Source of the DNA: Halocafeteria seosinensis
Lineage: Eukaryota
Assembly (NCBI GenBank): GCA_001687465.1
Contig: LVLI01000194.1
Coordinates: 186,001-250,000, forward strand
DNA length: 64,000 nt
Direction: 5' to 3'
This document shows, piece after piece, positions 13,427 through 27,803 of this stretch (positions are counted from its first letter, which is position 1; each line of letters starts with the position of its first letter). The position numbers were made by a program, and so were the translations under genes. The notes under the pieces are model-generated. The model had not been told where the DNA came from and made no database searches. It saw nothing but the letters and a program-made list of their open reading frames with translations.

Positions 13427-16400
13427 TCATATTCCTTCGACAACCTGTTCATGTGGCTTTTTGCGAACAGGGACAGCAAAGCAGATTGGGGCGGCCCCGT
13501 TCAGGTATTTCATTTTGCATCTACTTCGTGCTTTCTGTAATGCCTGCTCCAGATTGTCTTCAGAATCGAACCAGTTTTCCAATAACCCTTTCGCAAATTT
13601 ATCTATATCGCGGTCTGTGACGTCCCACAAGTTCCCCACAACAGCTGGAAATTTGGCGCTTATGTAATTTAATACAGGCCGCTTGAGATCCAACCGATTC
13701 CAAAGGCGTGCAGTCGACTCAACTACCCTGATAAGCCTTGCACTGGAACATCCCATAAGTAAGGCCACTGGTGCTTGACTTGAGAGGGTCTGTAGTCTGT
13801 TCCGGTCAATAAAGCGTTCCCCTGCCCCGTGGCCACAATACAAGAAGACGTCGGAGACGCTCATTCGCTGCAGCAATTCATCAACTGGGTCCGGAGGGCC
13901 AAACATTCCGGTCCAGTTGCCTAACTCTTTGCGTGCCTTCAAGAAATCGCGAAATGTAGCCTCCGTTTTAGATGAATCGCCATCAGGATTTACTAAGTAG
14001 CTCCCTGAGTACAGATCCTTGTCGATTTGGGTCGTTTGTTCCGGCGAACTGAACAATTCCGATAACAGGGAAAACATCAACAATCTACAAGTTGGAAGTT
14101 GCTTAAAACGGTTCATAGATTCCCATGGAAACGTTTGCAATTCATCTGAAAGAAAGAGAAGGGTTGTAGGCTCCCCTTTTTTGCGTTGTTTGTCAGAGAG
14201 TCGCTCGACCAAATCTGGTTTCCTTCCAGAGGTAGGAAGCCCCAGGCTCTTCAAACGTTGACGCAGCTCGTCCACGCTTAAATGTGTGGTGTGTGCAGGA
14301 GAAACGTTAATATCTGAAATGGTGTACTTCTCGAGTTCTGAAATTACGCGCCCGAGTTCTGCATCGAAATCACTGCGTTTCTGCCACCAGCGTTCCTTCT
14401 CTTCCCTAGTATCCGCATTTTGGTTTTCCTTGCTTTTCATCGCTTTACTCGTTTCCTTGATCTGTCGGTCTGCGGAATTAATAATTTCGAATAGAGAATC
14501 TTGCTTTCCATACAAGGTAGCTAAGTCTATATCTCGGAATTCCACATTCACTCCTTCTACTGCCTGTGAGGTTATCTCCACGAGACGTCCATATTCGTCA
14601 TCTAGAAGTAAACCACAAAACGCCCAATCCAGGGGAGGATTATCGAGAAGTCGCTTAATGTTTGGGAGAGACTTTACGGACACGTTTCTTTCAATGACTG
14701 TTTCCAACGGGCCACTCTCTAGTAGATATTCCCATCGAAGAGTACTCGTCCGACATTCCAGCTTGGATGCTTCGGCCTCCAAGACCGTTGCTATGTTATT
14801 GGTATCTTTGCAGTCTTGATACAAATAAAGAAGAGCCGCTCTCTTCCGTAAAGTAGAAAGCCAAGGAAAAAGCCTTAAGCTACCTTGTTGTAGTCCCGTT
14901 CCAAGCACGTGACATATGGCGGCTATGCTCGCCGACCAAAACTCTTCAAACGGAAGATCCTCGATGTGGTCGCTATCGGTATTCGGATCTTCTTCTTCCA
15001 ATTCTCTACGACCGCCCAGAGCTATTCCATTAGAAAGAGCTATTCCCCAAACTTCTTCCAGAGTTTTAACGTAGTAACGAAAATTATTGCTGAGCTTTCC
15101 TTTCCTTTTCCGTTTGTTTCCATTAGTAGCAATGTTTTCGTAGCGAACTTCTTGAAGCACTCCTAGCAAGATCTCTAACCACGTATCATCTAACTCAAAC
15201 TTTCCATAAACCGGGGAAGTCAATTCAACACCAGTATATTGCCTATACACCTCTTTCGGAGAAAGAGTGGCGGCAAGACAAAACAGGACCGTGCAAACCC
15301 TGTCGCATTTGTCCTCAAACCGTGAAGCTATCCATGACGGCAAACGGGTTAACATTGACTGGAAACGGTCGAGCAAGTCTTGGTCACTCTCCTTTAGTCT
15401 CGACCAGTGGAAAGCTAGAGTTATTATCCATTTTCTCCATAGAAGAACCGCTTCACCATCACGCAATCTCGTAATTATCTCCGAGATCTTACCCTCCATC
15501 TCTAGCAGACTTCTCATACCAGGGAATGAAGTTGGGCTTGAGGCAATGTGTCGAAGGTACATTTCTGCCGACTCACAACCACCACTTTCTGTAGTGAGAA
15601 TGCACTGTTCTTTAAGCTGTTGTGATGAAAGTAGCACGTTGAGCATGTGAAGTGGCTCACTGGTTGCCGTGCTCAACATTTCTAGCAGAAGTGTTCTGCA
15701 TTGATCCTCTCGTTCACAGAACCGTGAGTAATCACACAATACAAAATACGCTTGTTGCGCAGTTTGATCCATCCAATAGTCCACGCCCTCATCGGAAGTA
15801 GTATTTCTTAACTTGATGATATCTCGCGATCCAATTCTAAGACAAGCTGCTGCGGCTGAAAGGGCATCCTCCGAACGTGCCCATGAAAGAACCTTTTGCC
15901 CGTTCTTCTTCAGGACAAGAGCTAACAGCCATTGAACTATTCGGCCCGGACACTCGGACCTCTCTGTACCGCGTCTCATGCTGGTCAGAGTCCTCCATAG
16001 TAGGGATAGACAGTTTCCTGTTTTGTTAGAGCACGAGTTATCTGGCGTGAATTCCAGTAGTAGACGCGCAAAGTTATAACTGAATGTATACGCCAGCGGC
16101 TGCCCTTGTTTCAACGCCGCCGTCAGCATTCCGATGGGTCGGTACCCCATTAGAATATCCTCTGTAATATCACTCACGTCACTAAACGCAATAACGAGTG
16201 AGCACAACTCTGAAGCACATTCCCAGTGGCCCTGTTCCAACAGAGTCTGCATTTGCTGCAAGATCTCGTTCTTCCTTGTATAAATTCGCAAGGCTCGCGT
16301 GTAAACTTCACATCTATCCCTTTTTTCCTTAGGACCGTGTTCACCATACAAGCAGAGCTCTTTGCAAATTTCCCTCCGGTACCATGAATTTATCGCTTTC

Positions 16401-16954
16401 TCGCCCTTCCCTAGCGCCTCTAGAGACCCTTTCACAACCTCGGGGATATACTGCCGTTCTTGAGAAACAAATAGTCCATTGGATGTTAAAATTGAGAGCC
16501 GCACTGCGGCCTTTAATTTGCTCAATGCATTCGTACTGTTGACATCAAGTAACTTCACGAGACCCGTCGAGATACCAACCGAGCCAGGCGCGCTGAAGTT
16601 TCTGCATGAAGCCAGCCCTATCTGTATGTCAATGACGTACGCAGCCGCATCTGCCAATGCTCCACCACCAATGAATTCCCAATTTCGCTGTAGATGTGCT
16701 ATGCTATTCCTCAGAAAGATGAAAGGCAGCCGCTGTTCGCGGGTACTATCTTCACATTGCGAATACGGCTTGAGTGTGTTGCGCAGTTTGCACAGAACGT
16801 CTTGCCCACTTGACCCACCAATCTGTACGGCCTTGACAATAGCAGTAATGAGCTGGTTATCTACAGCATCGCTTGATTCCTTCAATTTCGTACTACATGC
16901 TTCCACCAGACGCAGTGTCTTCTGGTAGAGAGCTGCTCTTTGACTAGTATCCAT
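13427..16954 (-). CDS. ESP1: Separase (peptidase C50), intronless, with SAP-domain insertion
   Basis: C50 motifs WWQKRSDFD, LQTFPWES, YLVNPDGD, catalytic YCGHGAG and LMGCSS, VGNLWDVTDRDID, YLNGAAP. Confidence 0.93.
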   Translation of the reverse strand: MDTSQRAALYQKTLRLVEACSTKLKESSDAVDNQLITAIVKAVQIGGSSGQDVLCKLRNTLKPYSQCEDSTREQRLPFIFLRNSIAHLQRNWEFIGGGALADAAAYVIDIQIGLASCRNFSAPGSVGISTGLVKLLDVNSTNALSKLKAAVRLSILTSNGLFVSQERQYIPEVVKGSLEALGKGEKAINSWYRREICKELCLYGEHGPKEKRDRCEVYTRALRIYTRKNEILQQMQTLLEQGHWECASELCSLVIAFSDVSDITEDILMGYRPIGMLTAALKQGQPLAYTFSYNFARLLLEFTPDNSCSNKTGNCLSLLWRTLTSMRRGTERSECPGRIVQWLLALVLKKNGQKVLSWARSEDALSAAAACLRIGSRDIIKLRNTTSDEGVDYWMDQTAQQAYFVLCDYSRFCEREDQCRTLLLEMLSTATSEPLHMLNVLLSSQQLKEQCILTTESGGCESAEMYLRHIASSPTSFPGMRSLLEMEGKISEIITRLRDGEAVLLWRKWIITLAFHWSRLKESDQDLLDRFQSMLTRLPSWIASRFEDKCDRVCTVLFCLAATLSPKEVYRQYTGVELTSPVYGKFELDDTWLEILLGVLQEVRYENIATNGNKRKRKGKLSNNFRYYVKTLEEVWGIALSNGIALGGRRELEEEDPNTDSDHIEDLPFEEFWSASIAAICHVLGTGLQQGSLRLFPWLSTLRKRAALLYLYQDCKDTNNIATVLEAEASKLECRTSTLRWEYLLESGPLETVIERNVSVKSLPNIKRLLDNPPLDWAFCGLLLDDEYGRLVEITSQAVEGVNVEFRDIDLATLYGKQDSLFEIINSADRQIKETSKAMKSKENQNADTREEKERWWQKRSDFDAELGRVISELEKYTISDINVSPAHTTHLSVDELRQRLKSLGLPTSGRKPDLVERLSDKQRKKGEPTTLLFLSDELQTFPWESMNRFKQLPTCRLLMFSLLSELFSSPEQTTQIDKDLYSGSYLVNPDGDSSKTEATFRDFLKARKELGNWTGMFGPPDPVDELLQRMSVSDVFLYCGHGAGERFIDRNRLQTLSSQAPVALLMGCSSARLIRVVESTARLWNRLDLKRPVLNYISAKFPAVVGNLWDVTDRDIDKFAKGLLENWFDSEDNLEQALQKARSRCKMKYLNGAAPICFAVPVRKKPHEQVVEGI

Positions 16955-17421
16955 TCTGTGTTTCTTTCTTTTTCTTTGGCACAGCAGACCAGCACAGAAA
17001 AGATTCCATAATATTCAATTCTAGTTGGCCAAAGTCGTCTCCGATGGCTCTCCATTGACGTGTTGTCCAGCAGGCGCCATTTTTTAACGGCTGCTGACCA
17101 GTGCCGGCTTCCTTGAAGTTGAAGTTTGCCAGCAGGATATCTTCGACGACATTACGGTCCGTATACGTGGATTGGCGACATGCACACACTCTGTCAACTG
17201 AGAGTCGGATGAGAAAAAGAGGGGAATTGGATGCATTTCGAACTCAAGTGAATTGCATGAAGAGGTATCCCTGTTCCCGATACCGAACTTCACAACTATT
17301 GCATGGGAACTTTTTACAGGGGAACAATCGACTAAGTACATGTATCACAGATGACTGTTTGTCCATTATAGTGAATCACACTGTTGCTAGTGCGAACTGG
17401 AGTTTATCAGTGGAGTGAACC

Positions 17422-19266
17422 ATGCCTTCACGAAAACGTGCGGTATCGCGGAAACGATCCAGCTCCAATCAATCCAGATACTCTGAACATCAGACCACAT
17501 CCACTTCAGCGAGTACTCCTTCTGTTGATATTAATGACGCATCCTTGGTTGGAGAGGAGAAACCGACACGAAGAACCCGTAGTTCCTTGGGGGGTGCATC
17601 TTGTTGGGTTGTTCTGGCAGCTGGAGTTCTTCTCCGGGTTGGTCTAGTGCTGTTTGGGATATATGTTGACGCAACTTGTATGTTCACCTAGCCATCAACT
17701 AGTGCTCAGTATCCAATGCCGTATTGTTGTAGACGAGTTCTCTTTGGCATACTTTGCAGATGACTACAAATATACGGACATCGATTATGAGGTCTTTACC
17801 GATGGGGCACGCGAGATGTATCACGGACGATCTCCGTACGATCGAGCAACGTATAGGTATACGCCTTTGCTGTAAGTTGACCCTCTGAGTATGAAGGTAT
17901 TTTATACAACCATTAGTGTTTTGGACAGGGCGTTTATGATGATTCCTAATGTTGCTGTCCACTCTGCTTTCGGCAAATTCGTCTTCGTTGTAGTGGATCT
18001 TTGCATAATGCTGCTCCTATGGAAGATCATGAGGATTCGTGGAGTTCAATCTCCGGATATTGTTAAAAGCATGACTGTCTTCTTATTTCATCCTGTAGTT
18101 GCTAATGTTACCACACGGGGGAGTGCAGACGGAATTGTCACTATGCTCGTGTTGGCAGTACTGTATCTCCTACTAAGGGGACGTGTATGGGTAGCCGCCA
18201 TTTGGTACGTCCAGGGTACGAGGTATTGTATTGGTCAAGGTATCACTAGTTTCTTCCTGGCAGTTACGGCGTCGCAGTTCATTTCAAGATATATCCAATT
18301 ATCTACGCACTCCCTCTAGTCCTCTTCTTAGATGACGACTACGAGCACTTTTACGCGGGGGTAGTGCTAACAGGTAGGAAGGTACATCGGAAATCGCTCA
18401 TGGAACGAGTGATGCGCTTGCTACGCTCATTCTTCTCGTGGAGGTAACGTAAATTAGATACGACCAGCTTTTTTCTCAGACAGAGTATCCAGTTGCGTAC
18501 CGCAGACGCGTAGCTTTCGGTCTCCTTTCTGGGATAACGTTCTTGTTGCTTCAACTCATGTTTTACGAATTGTAAGTGAAGCCTATATCCCCTTCGTTTG
18601 AGAACGAGCAAGAATACTCTCTCTGTCTCCAGGTATGGGTGGACGTTCCTCTACGAAGGCTATCTGCACCATCTAGTGCGCACCGATCACCGTCACAACT
18701 TTTCAGCATACTTTTATGACATTTACTTAAGGTACAAATGGAAGATTTTCGCGCTAATTTCTGTATAGTATCATGTATGCTGCTGTGTACAATGCAGGTA
18801 TGATTTGCCCTCCCGAACCGGAATGGGACTGTTGACATTTTTTCCCCAGTTTGGTTCAACACTCGTAGTTGGTCTCTGCTTTTACAAAGATATCAGTGTG
18901 TGTCTACTTTTGCAAACGATGGTGTTCGTAGCGTTCAACAAAGTATTCACAGCCCAGTATCTGGTGTGGCATCTCGCTTTGCTCCCTCTGGCTCTTCCTG
19001 CCAACAAGATGAGGATACATCATTGGTGTGTCCTTGGAGTGCTGTGGCTCTTGACGCACATCCACTGGATCGTCTGGGCGGGGAAGTTAGAAAACGAAGG
19101 CATTAGTACCTTCAAAGAGCTATGGATTGCCGGGTTGCTGTATTTTTGTTCTAACCTAGCGCAAATCCTAGCGATCATGAGATACCAAAATTGGAAGCCT
19201 GTGATATCAAACGGACACATTGCGCCGTATACTGTACCAAATTTGGGTGATAAGGCATATAAGTGA
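17422..19266 (+). CDS. PIGM: GPI mannosyltransferase I (7 exons)
   Basis: [62 protein letters not shown]. All six introns keep frame. Confidence 0.95.
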
Positions 19267-19292
19267 ATTTCGACAGCAAAACTCCTTTACTC

Positions 19293-20887
19293 TCAGCCAG
19301 GCGAGGCGCACCACAACTGCACGGTTTTGTCGTAGAAACTGCATGAAACTATCCTGCTACCCAACAAAGAAGTGCTGACACCTGAAGCACTATATACAAA
19401 GTCTGCTCCGTAAGCAAGACACTCCTTGCTCAATTTCTCCGACGACCGGCTATGTCCCTCGTAACAAGCTAGGGGTGATGCTCGGGCTTCTTCACTAACG
19501 CTGATTTCAATTGCCTGGACATTAGCTCGCATGCACGCAGCTAAAATTGTTCGCTGTGTGAACCGAAACTCTTGTATGCCTGGAAGTGGATTTTGTATCA
19601 GATAAACCAGCATGGATCGCTTACCGGAAACTGTTCAGAAGGGTGCCATTTCAGTCGCCATATACCCCCTCCGCTGTTGTAGTTGCAAACAGGCGTCTTC
19701 ATTTGGCGCTTATCCCAGATCTGTGTCAGTGGCAATGGTTCAATATGTCGCTTGTAATGGAGAACAGAAATGTCAGTGTCAGAAGCATCCACTAACGTTC
19801 AACACGCTGTCGTACCCGCCTGTAGCCATGAGGTTTTCGATGTGGAAATTACATTGCATGGAGCAGACCCCGGCACCATGGTTTCCAACGTGCATTGGCT
19901 TTGATGATTCTCTGAGGCGCGGCGAATGCATACAAGTGCCAATTGCCGGGTGCCATCAGCAGTAGCTACGCACCTGGTATCCCACAATTTGAAGCTACCA
20001 TCATCGCCTCCAGTCCAGAGGACACTTGGGTCCCAATAGTCAAAGCCGCATATCCACACCTCACTGGGAAGACTGCACTATATGCAAGGTCTCATCGGTA
20101 TATCAACATCAATACAGATTGATGGACAATACTTACTACATGTTAGGAGCGATCTTAAGGACGTGGGCGTTTATCTCCAACTCAGGGTCAGGGCAGACGT
20201 GAGCTTCTTCTGCAGTATATATTGCCACCTTTCTGTACATCGCGGAGAGAAAATACAGGAAACCGTTGACGACGATTAGAATTTGTGGCACACGACGACG
20301 TACCCGTTCGTGCTTGATACTGCGAGTCTCCGAGACCGGGAAGTTCCTAGTCGGTCAGACCAGTCCAATGAAAGACACATGCTAGCACCCTCACTCTCAT
20401 TGTCAACGGAGATTTCCTGTACATGGCTTAGCGTTGAGGTGGCATCATCAAATTGCCAAATGCTTATACACCCGTTAGCATGCGCTGTAGCCAGCAGAGG
20501 CGAAGTATGGCACCTGCGAAAAAGATACCCTGTACCTATCAAAGCGGTGACATAGCTTCCGACGAGTTGCACAAACCATTTCGCATCAAAAATCCCTGAG
20601 GTTTCCTTAAACTTGCTTTCATTCCACACGAGTCTATCGCTATCCTCATCGTACTGCAGGAGACGTACTCTTCGGGTACTTACTCACCAGGCACCATCAT
20701 TCCGAATACATACCTTTACCGTGTAGAATCCTCCGACCCGTTGTTGCGCTGCTTCATCAAGTTCGTACGTACCACATACGAGAATATTTTGATGCCCTTC
20801 ATGAGGACAGCATTCAACGACATCAGCGCAATACTTTGTCTCATGAGTTGATAGACAGCTAGTCGACAACTGAGCTCCACCCGACAT
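19293..20887 (-). CDS. DPH7: Diphthine methyl ester hydrolase, WD40 (8 exons)
   Basis: ADVVECCP..LVCGTYEL, GIFDAKW, CLSLDW, TGGDDG..KLWDTR, GGGIWRLKWHP, AACM, LAYGAD, CSFYDK. Confidence 0.9.
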
Positions 20888-21426
20888 GATGTGCTTTTGC
20901 TGTCTTGTTTTTGTTCTATCCAAAGTGCCCAATTTTGGTATTTACTATTTGCTTTCAACACCAGAAAAGGGCGACGAATATGGCCGAAATAGTAAATTGT
21001 TTGGCGTATGTAGTCCTGGTTTGACACCACGTTTCCAGACTGTAGAGCTTTGTGAAGCAATGGTGAAGTTCACAGTGGTTCGTATTCATGCAGCTACGAT
21101 GTAATCATTCCCTCTATTGAGACACCAACACTGTCTAATGAGATTTCTCTACAACAAACACGGGAGAGTGGAAAAATGCTCCCTATACAGGCGTTTGCAC
21201 AGCCTTGGGGATTCCAATGGGGAAGGACTGCCTGGGAAAACTTCAACGAGACAAACTTTCCATTGATCACTTTACCAAAGAAAATGGCATCAAGCCCATA
21301 CAGGTAGGAGGCTACTACTCGCTCAGCTGTAGAATCAATGTTTGACCTGTTCTCGATTGCATTCTGCATTGCCAGAACGTTTGTTCTTGTAGAAGATCGA
21401 AGTGACTGAATCAGGTATCCGAAAAA

Positions 21427-23892
21427 ATGGACCAACTCAAAGCAGTCTATGTAAGTGGGCAATATGACGTTTATGCAGGACCTCTGGCCTATCTCGTACT
21501 CTATCAACGGATGTTCGCAGGGTGCGGAGACCATGAAAAAGGTCAGTGAGTCCAAAATCTTAGTCATTGGAGCGGGTGGGATTGGTACGAGTTTAGCCCC
21601 TGCAATTTGAATTCCAAGCCATTGCACGACCCGCGGGATTCACTTGGCCTGCAGGTTGCGAATTGCTGAAGAATTTGGTGCTCTCGGGATTTCAAACTAT
21701 AGAGGTTCGAAAATATAAGCTGCTTATTCTAAATCTATGTGGTGGCGGGATACACACATTGTCTCAATCATACAGGTCCTGGATTTGGATACTATTGACG
21801 TCTCTAACTTGAATCGACAGTTCTTGTTTCGACCAGAGCACGTAGGCCGTTCAAAATCTGAGGTATGTTTTGTATCGTGAGAGACGACTGCATGCTTCTG
21901 ATTAGGTGGGCGTGCTTTGCACAGGTGGCCCGTGAATCTGCTCTCCGATTCAATCCGAATGTTAACCTAATTGCTCATCATGGGTAGGTACAACACACTA
22001 TCTACCTACCTATCAGTGTTTTATTGTCTTATATGGTTTTGGATCTAGCAGCAACGTAAAGGATCAAGCGTTTGGACGTGAATTCGTCAAAAAATTTGAC
22101 CTTGTCATAAACGCCCTGGACAACGTTTCCGCAAGGAGGCACGTAAACCGCATGTGCCTTTCCCTGGACAAACCTTTAATCGAGGCAGGTACAGCTGGCT
22201 ATAACGGGCAGGTACGTCTTCTGACGTTTCATTCATCAACGGAGGTGGCGGATTCTCAGCGTGTCCTACCTTACGCAGGCGTTTCCAATTAAGAAGGGGA
22301 AGACTGAGTGCTTCGACTGTCATGGCAAGCCAACTCAGAAAGTGTACCCAATCTGCACCATCCGAAGGTACGGTTTCAATCATTGTTTTGCATCATATGA
22401 GTCTGATAGTAATAAGTAAGTGTTAATGCAGCACTCCTGAGACCCCTGTCCACTGTATTGTATGGGCCAAAGAGTTGCACAAGTTGCTGGTTGGTGCCAG
22501 CGAACAAAGTATGCTCTGGGAAGAAAATAAAGAAGAGAGTGTGTTCATTGACCGCGTAAGTAGTGCTACTTAGATAAGTATGTGCAGGAAAGCATCGCCT
22601 AAGCTCTCGTTTCCATTTCAGATCCGACCGCCAGCGGGTCATAATACAGATCCACAAACCCTAAAAGACTGGGCAATGTCGTTCTTTAACGCTATTTTTC
22701 ACGATGAGATCCAAAAGAAACTGTCTATGAATCAGTACTCAGGGGCTCAGAAAAAGCCACAGCCGCTCAAATGGGAAGAAGCAACCAAGGACACGGGGAA
22801 CAATGGCAGCTCTCAAGAGGGCGCACGTAGTCAGCAGGTGCCATCTCTTCAAGAATGCGCACAGAAGTTTGCCGAGAGCTTGGTTTCTTATCATACTGAT
22901 GAGGACTTGTCGGGAAAACTCGGAAGTTTGGAGTTTGATAAAGATCTCCCCGTAGATCTGGAATTCGTTACTGCCGCAGCTAACATTAGGGCCCATATTT
23001 TCGAGTAAGTTTCTTTATTACGAATATTCCTCATCCGTATGCGGGATAACCTATATATCGGTGCTGCAGTATTCCAATGAAATCTAAATTTGACATCAAG
23101 AGTATAGCGGGGAATATTATCCCCGCAATTGCGACGACTAATGCTATTGCTGCTGGCCTTCAGGTGCTTCACGCCATAAAGATATTGCAAGGGGCTGAGA
23201 TCGCAAAGGAATGCCGCTACGTGTGGATCTGCCGTCGACCAAACCGCCTTGGGCATCATTTGTGTGCAACCGACCTATGTGGCCCAAATCCTTCATGCTT
23301 TTCTTGCAATCGTCAAACACTATGTTGTCACGTCGACACTAAAAAGATGAAGCTGAAGGACTTCTTCAATAACGTAAGTCACTGTATGTATCTTGTCGAT
23401 TGCGGTACGATCACAAGATGTCATATCGCCTTATTTCGACAGGTCTTGCGGTCGAGACTAGGATTTTCTCAACCTAGCATAGATAACGACGAAGAACTAT
23501 ACATGACAGACATACGAGAGGAAGATGAAAGTGAAGAGGAATACCAGGCCAAGTTGAGTAACCTGGAGAGAACCTTATCAAACTTACCTGGGGGAGGTAT
23601 TCACAGTGGAACAGAGCTTAGCGTTCAGGATGACACCCAAGGTACGTTCTGCGAAGCATGTACTGGGAAACTTTATTGGCATGTAAGCATATAGTTCGCT
23701 ACAGATATATCTTTAGCCCTGCTGATCGAACACTTTAACGAAGAGGACGTTGACGAAGAAAAACTACCAGAAAGATTCTGGGTTGATCAAGGCAATCAGT
23801 CGACGAACGCTAGTGCCTCAAGTAGTGACTCCAGAGTAGGTCAAAAACGGCCACGTGAAGCAGAGGACGATGGTGACGTCGAAGTACTGTAG
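21427..23892 (+). CDS. UBA2: SUMO-activating enzyme subunit 2 (12 exons)
   Basis: [66 protein letters not shown]-terminal KRPR and acidic SIM-like tail. Confidence 0.96.
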
Positions 23893-24223
23893 CAAACTAT
23901 TTGCAATTCATCGGTTGGAGGCTTGCTTCGAACATGAAGAATGCTGCAGAATTCCGAGAACTACAACTGAACTTGCATATTTTCTGTTGTTTGAGGGCAG
24001 TACCCAAGATGGAACGGTTCTCTGAAACTTCTCGCAGATTTCTCGCTTAAGTGAACGAAATCTTTGCCCTGTGTGCAACTTCAACTTCGCTTCCACTTTG
24101 GAGGTGTCACACGTGGAATATACACTCTATTCATCTGTGTTTCATCGATTTTTCGACGGAGTTTACTCTTGCGAACCTGTCATAATATTTGCATTCATTC
24201 CCACCCCGTAGATTACCTTCAAA

Positions 24224-25941
<1,718 letters not shown>

Positions 25942-25957
25942 TACTCTTCCGATTTCA

Positions 25958-27803
25958 CTAGCTAGCTCTCCAACCCAAATGTTGTAGAGTATTGCCAACC
26001 AAATAGAGGGAACCTGTTGCGAGTACCTGTGTAGTTGATTCTGATTCCGACTCTTTCGAATCGTGATGAAGTGCAGTTCGCTTCAGTGTTTCTAAATGAT
26101 CGACATGGCAACCAAACGAATCTAACATAATTTTCTGTAACCCCTCTTTTATATTCCGGTGGACTTCTATCGTGTTTGGTTCAGTAATATCAATATCATA
26201 TCCTTGATCTCGTATAGAGTCCCAAAAATGGTGTATTAGCCTCGGAAGCACGTGGCACACGGATGCTAGAGTGTACTGCCACGTCAGCTGCGGGCTCTCG
26301 GGAGTTACGGAATGCTCTGCGATAAGCTGGTCCAACGCAGGGTCGTCTTTCACACGCTGGAATAGCGGATGACCTTTGATTACGTCAACGGTCGATTTGT
26401 AGTCCATGCTGGTAGGTTTCGAGCTATCAAATGGAACGATATGCACTGCTCCAAAATTGCAACGGAAGAGCGGAAGCAGAAGATCGACCGCATTCTTTTC
26501 ATGGGAGCAGTTGAATAGGAGCACTCTTGTGCTTTTCGTCTTCAATGAAAAGTTCTTATACCACGCCTCACACGCCATCATACTTTGAGCGGTATGCGCG
26601 CCGTCGATATAGAAAGTAATACCTTCACGGCGGGATGTGGATACCCCATCAGGTAGTTCCACCTTCAGCCTTTGCGCCCGACCGGGCCACTCTGTTTCTT
26701 GTAAGGCATCAATAAAATATTTTGGCAGCTCTTTATTCCCTTTGGTGTCATGTATTCCCTTGGATTGAAGGAACGATTCCGCCAATGCCACAGCCAGGGT
26801 TGCGTTTTCCCTTTGGTAAGCAGCGTATGTCCAAAATGATGGTGTCGGAGACGGTAGCCTCCCTGAAATCCACGCCTCGTCCACAAAATGTAACGGTGCA
26901 TTCCTTTCGCCTGCTATAGAAGCGATCCGCTCTTCAGCTCCAGGAGTCTGGCGGACGCTGAATACAGGACAATCGGGCTTAATGATACCAGCTTTCTGTT
27001 CCAAACAATGGAGATGAGAGTACAACCGAAACTTTACAAAAAGAGGCATATCCTAACACTTACCTCTCCAGCGATTTCTTCTAGAGTACTTCCTAGGATA
27101 TGTTGATGGTCATAGTCAAGCTTCGTAATGCCACAGACAGTAGGGTGCTTAATAGCATTGGTTGCATCAAGGCGTCCACCCATGCCAACTTCGAGAACGA
27201 GCACATCCACTTGTTCCTCGCTAAACAGACTAAACCCAACTAACGTTAGCAGATGAAAAAAGCTTGGCACATTTGGAATATCTTCCAGCGTTCCATTCTG
27301 CACAATCTTCTCACATGACAGTTTACCCATACCACAATGCCCTCGGGAAGAATACTTCAGATCCTACACACCTTATTCCTTTGCTCCATTAAACTATCCC
27401 AGCACAGCCAAAAGTGATGCAGGTATTTTTCTTCTGATACTGGTTTTCCGTTCAGGCGAAAGCGTTCGCGTACGTCCACTAAATGAGGTGAGGTGAACAA
27501 CCCTGCGTGGGCGAGATACAGTCCTACTATGGTACTAAGCACTTGTGAATGGAACAAGAGGAACGCACCTGTTGATAAACCAGCATGTCTGAAAATGCTC
27601 TCACACATGGCAGCTGTTGAGCCTTTCCCTTTGGTTCCAGCAATATGGACGATGGAGAGTTTATCCATGTCAATACCGACTTGGTACATCCAATGACGCA
27701 TCAACTTTACGCCATCCTTCTGTGCTGAGGACAGTTTACCCTTGCTTATGACAGACGTCAGAGCTTGGTACGCAGCTTCGATTCCCCGTCCCGACTGAGC
27801 CAT
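25958..27803 (-). CDS. FPGS: Folylpolyglutamate synthase (4 exons)
   Basis: HIAGTKGKGST, FTSPHLVDVRERF, LEVGMGGRLDATN, EKAGIIK, WPGR, DGAHT, TGSLYLVG. Confidence 0.95.

Noticed and set aside
16944..17418. Small ORFs between separase and PIG-M as extra separase exons or a gene
   Set aside because: No convincing donor/acceptor pair or homology; likely a divergent promoter.
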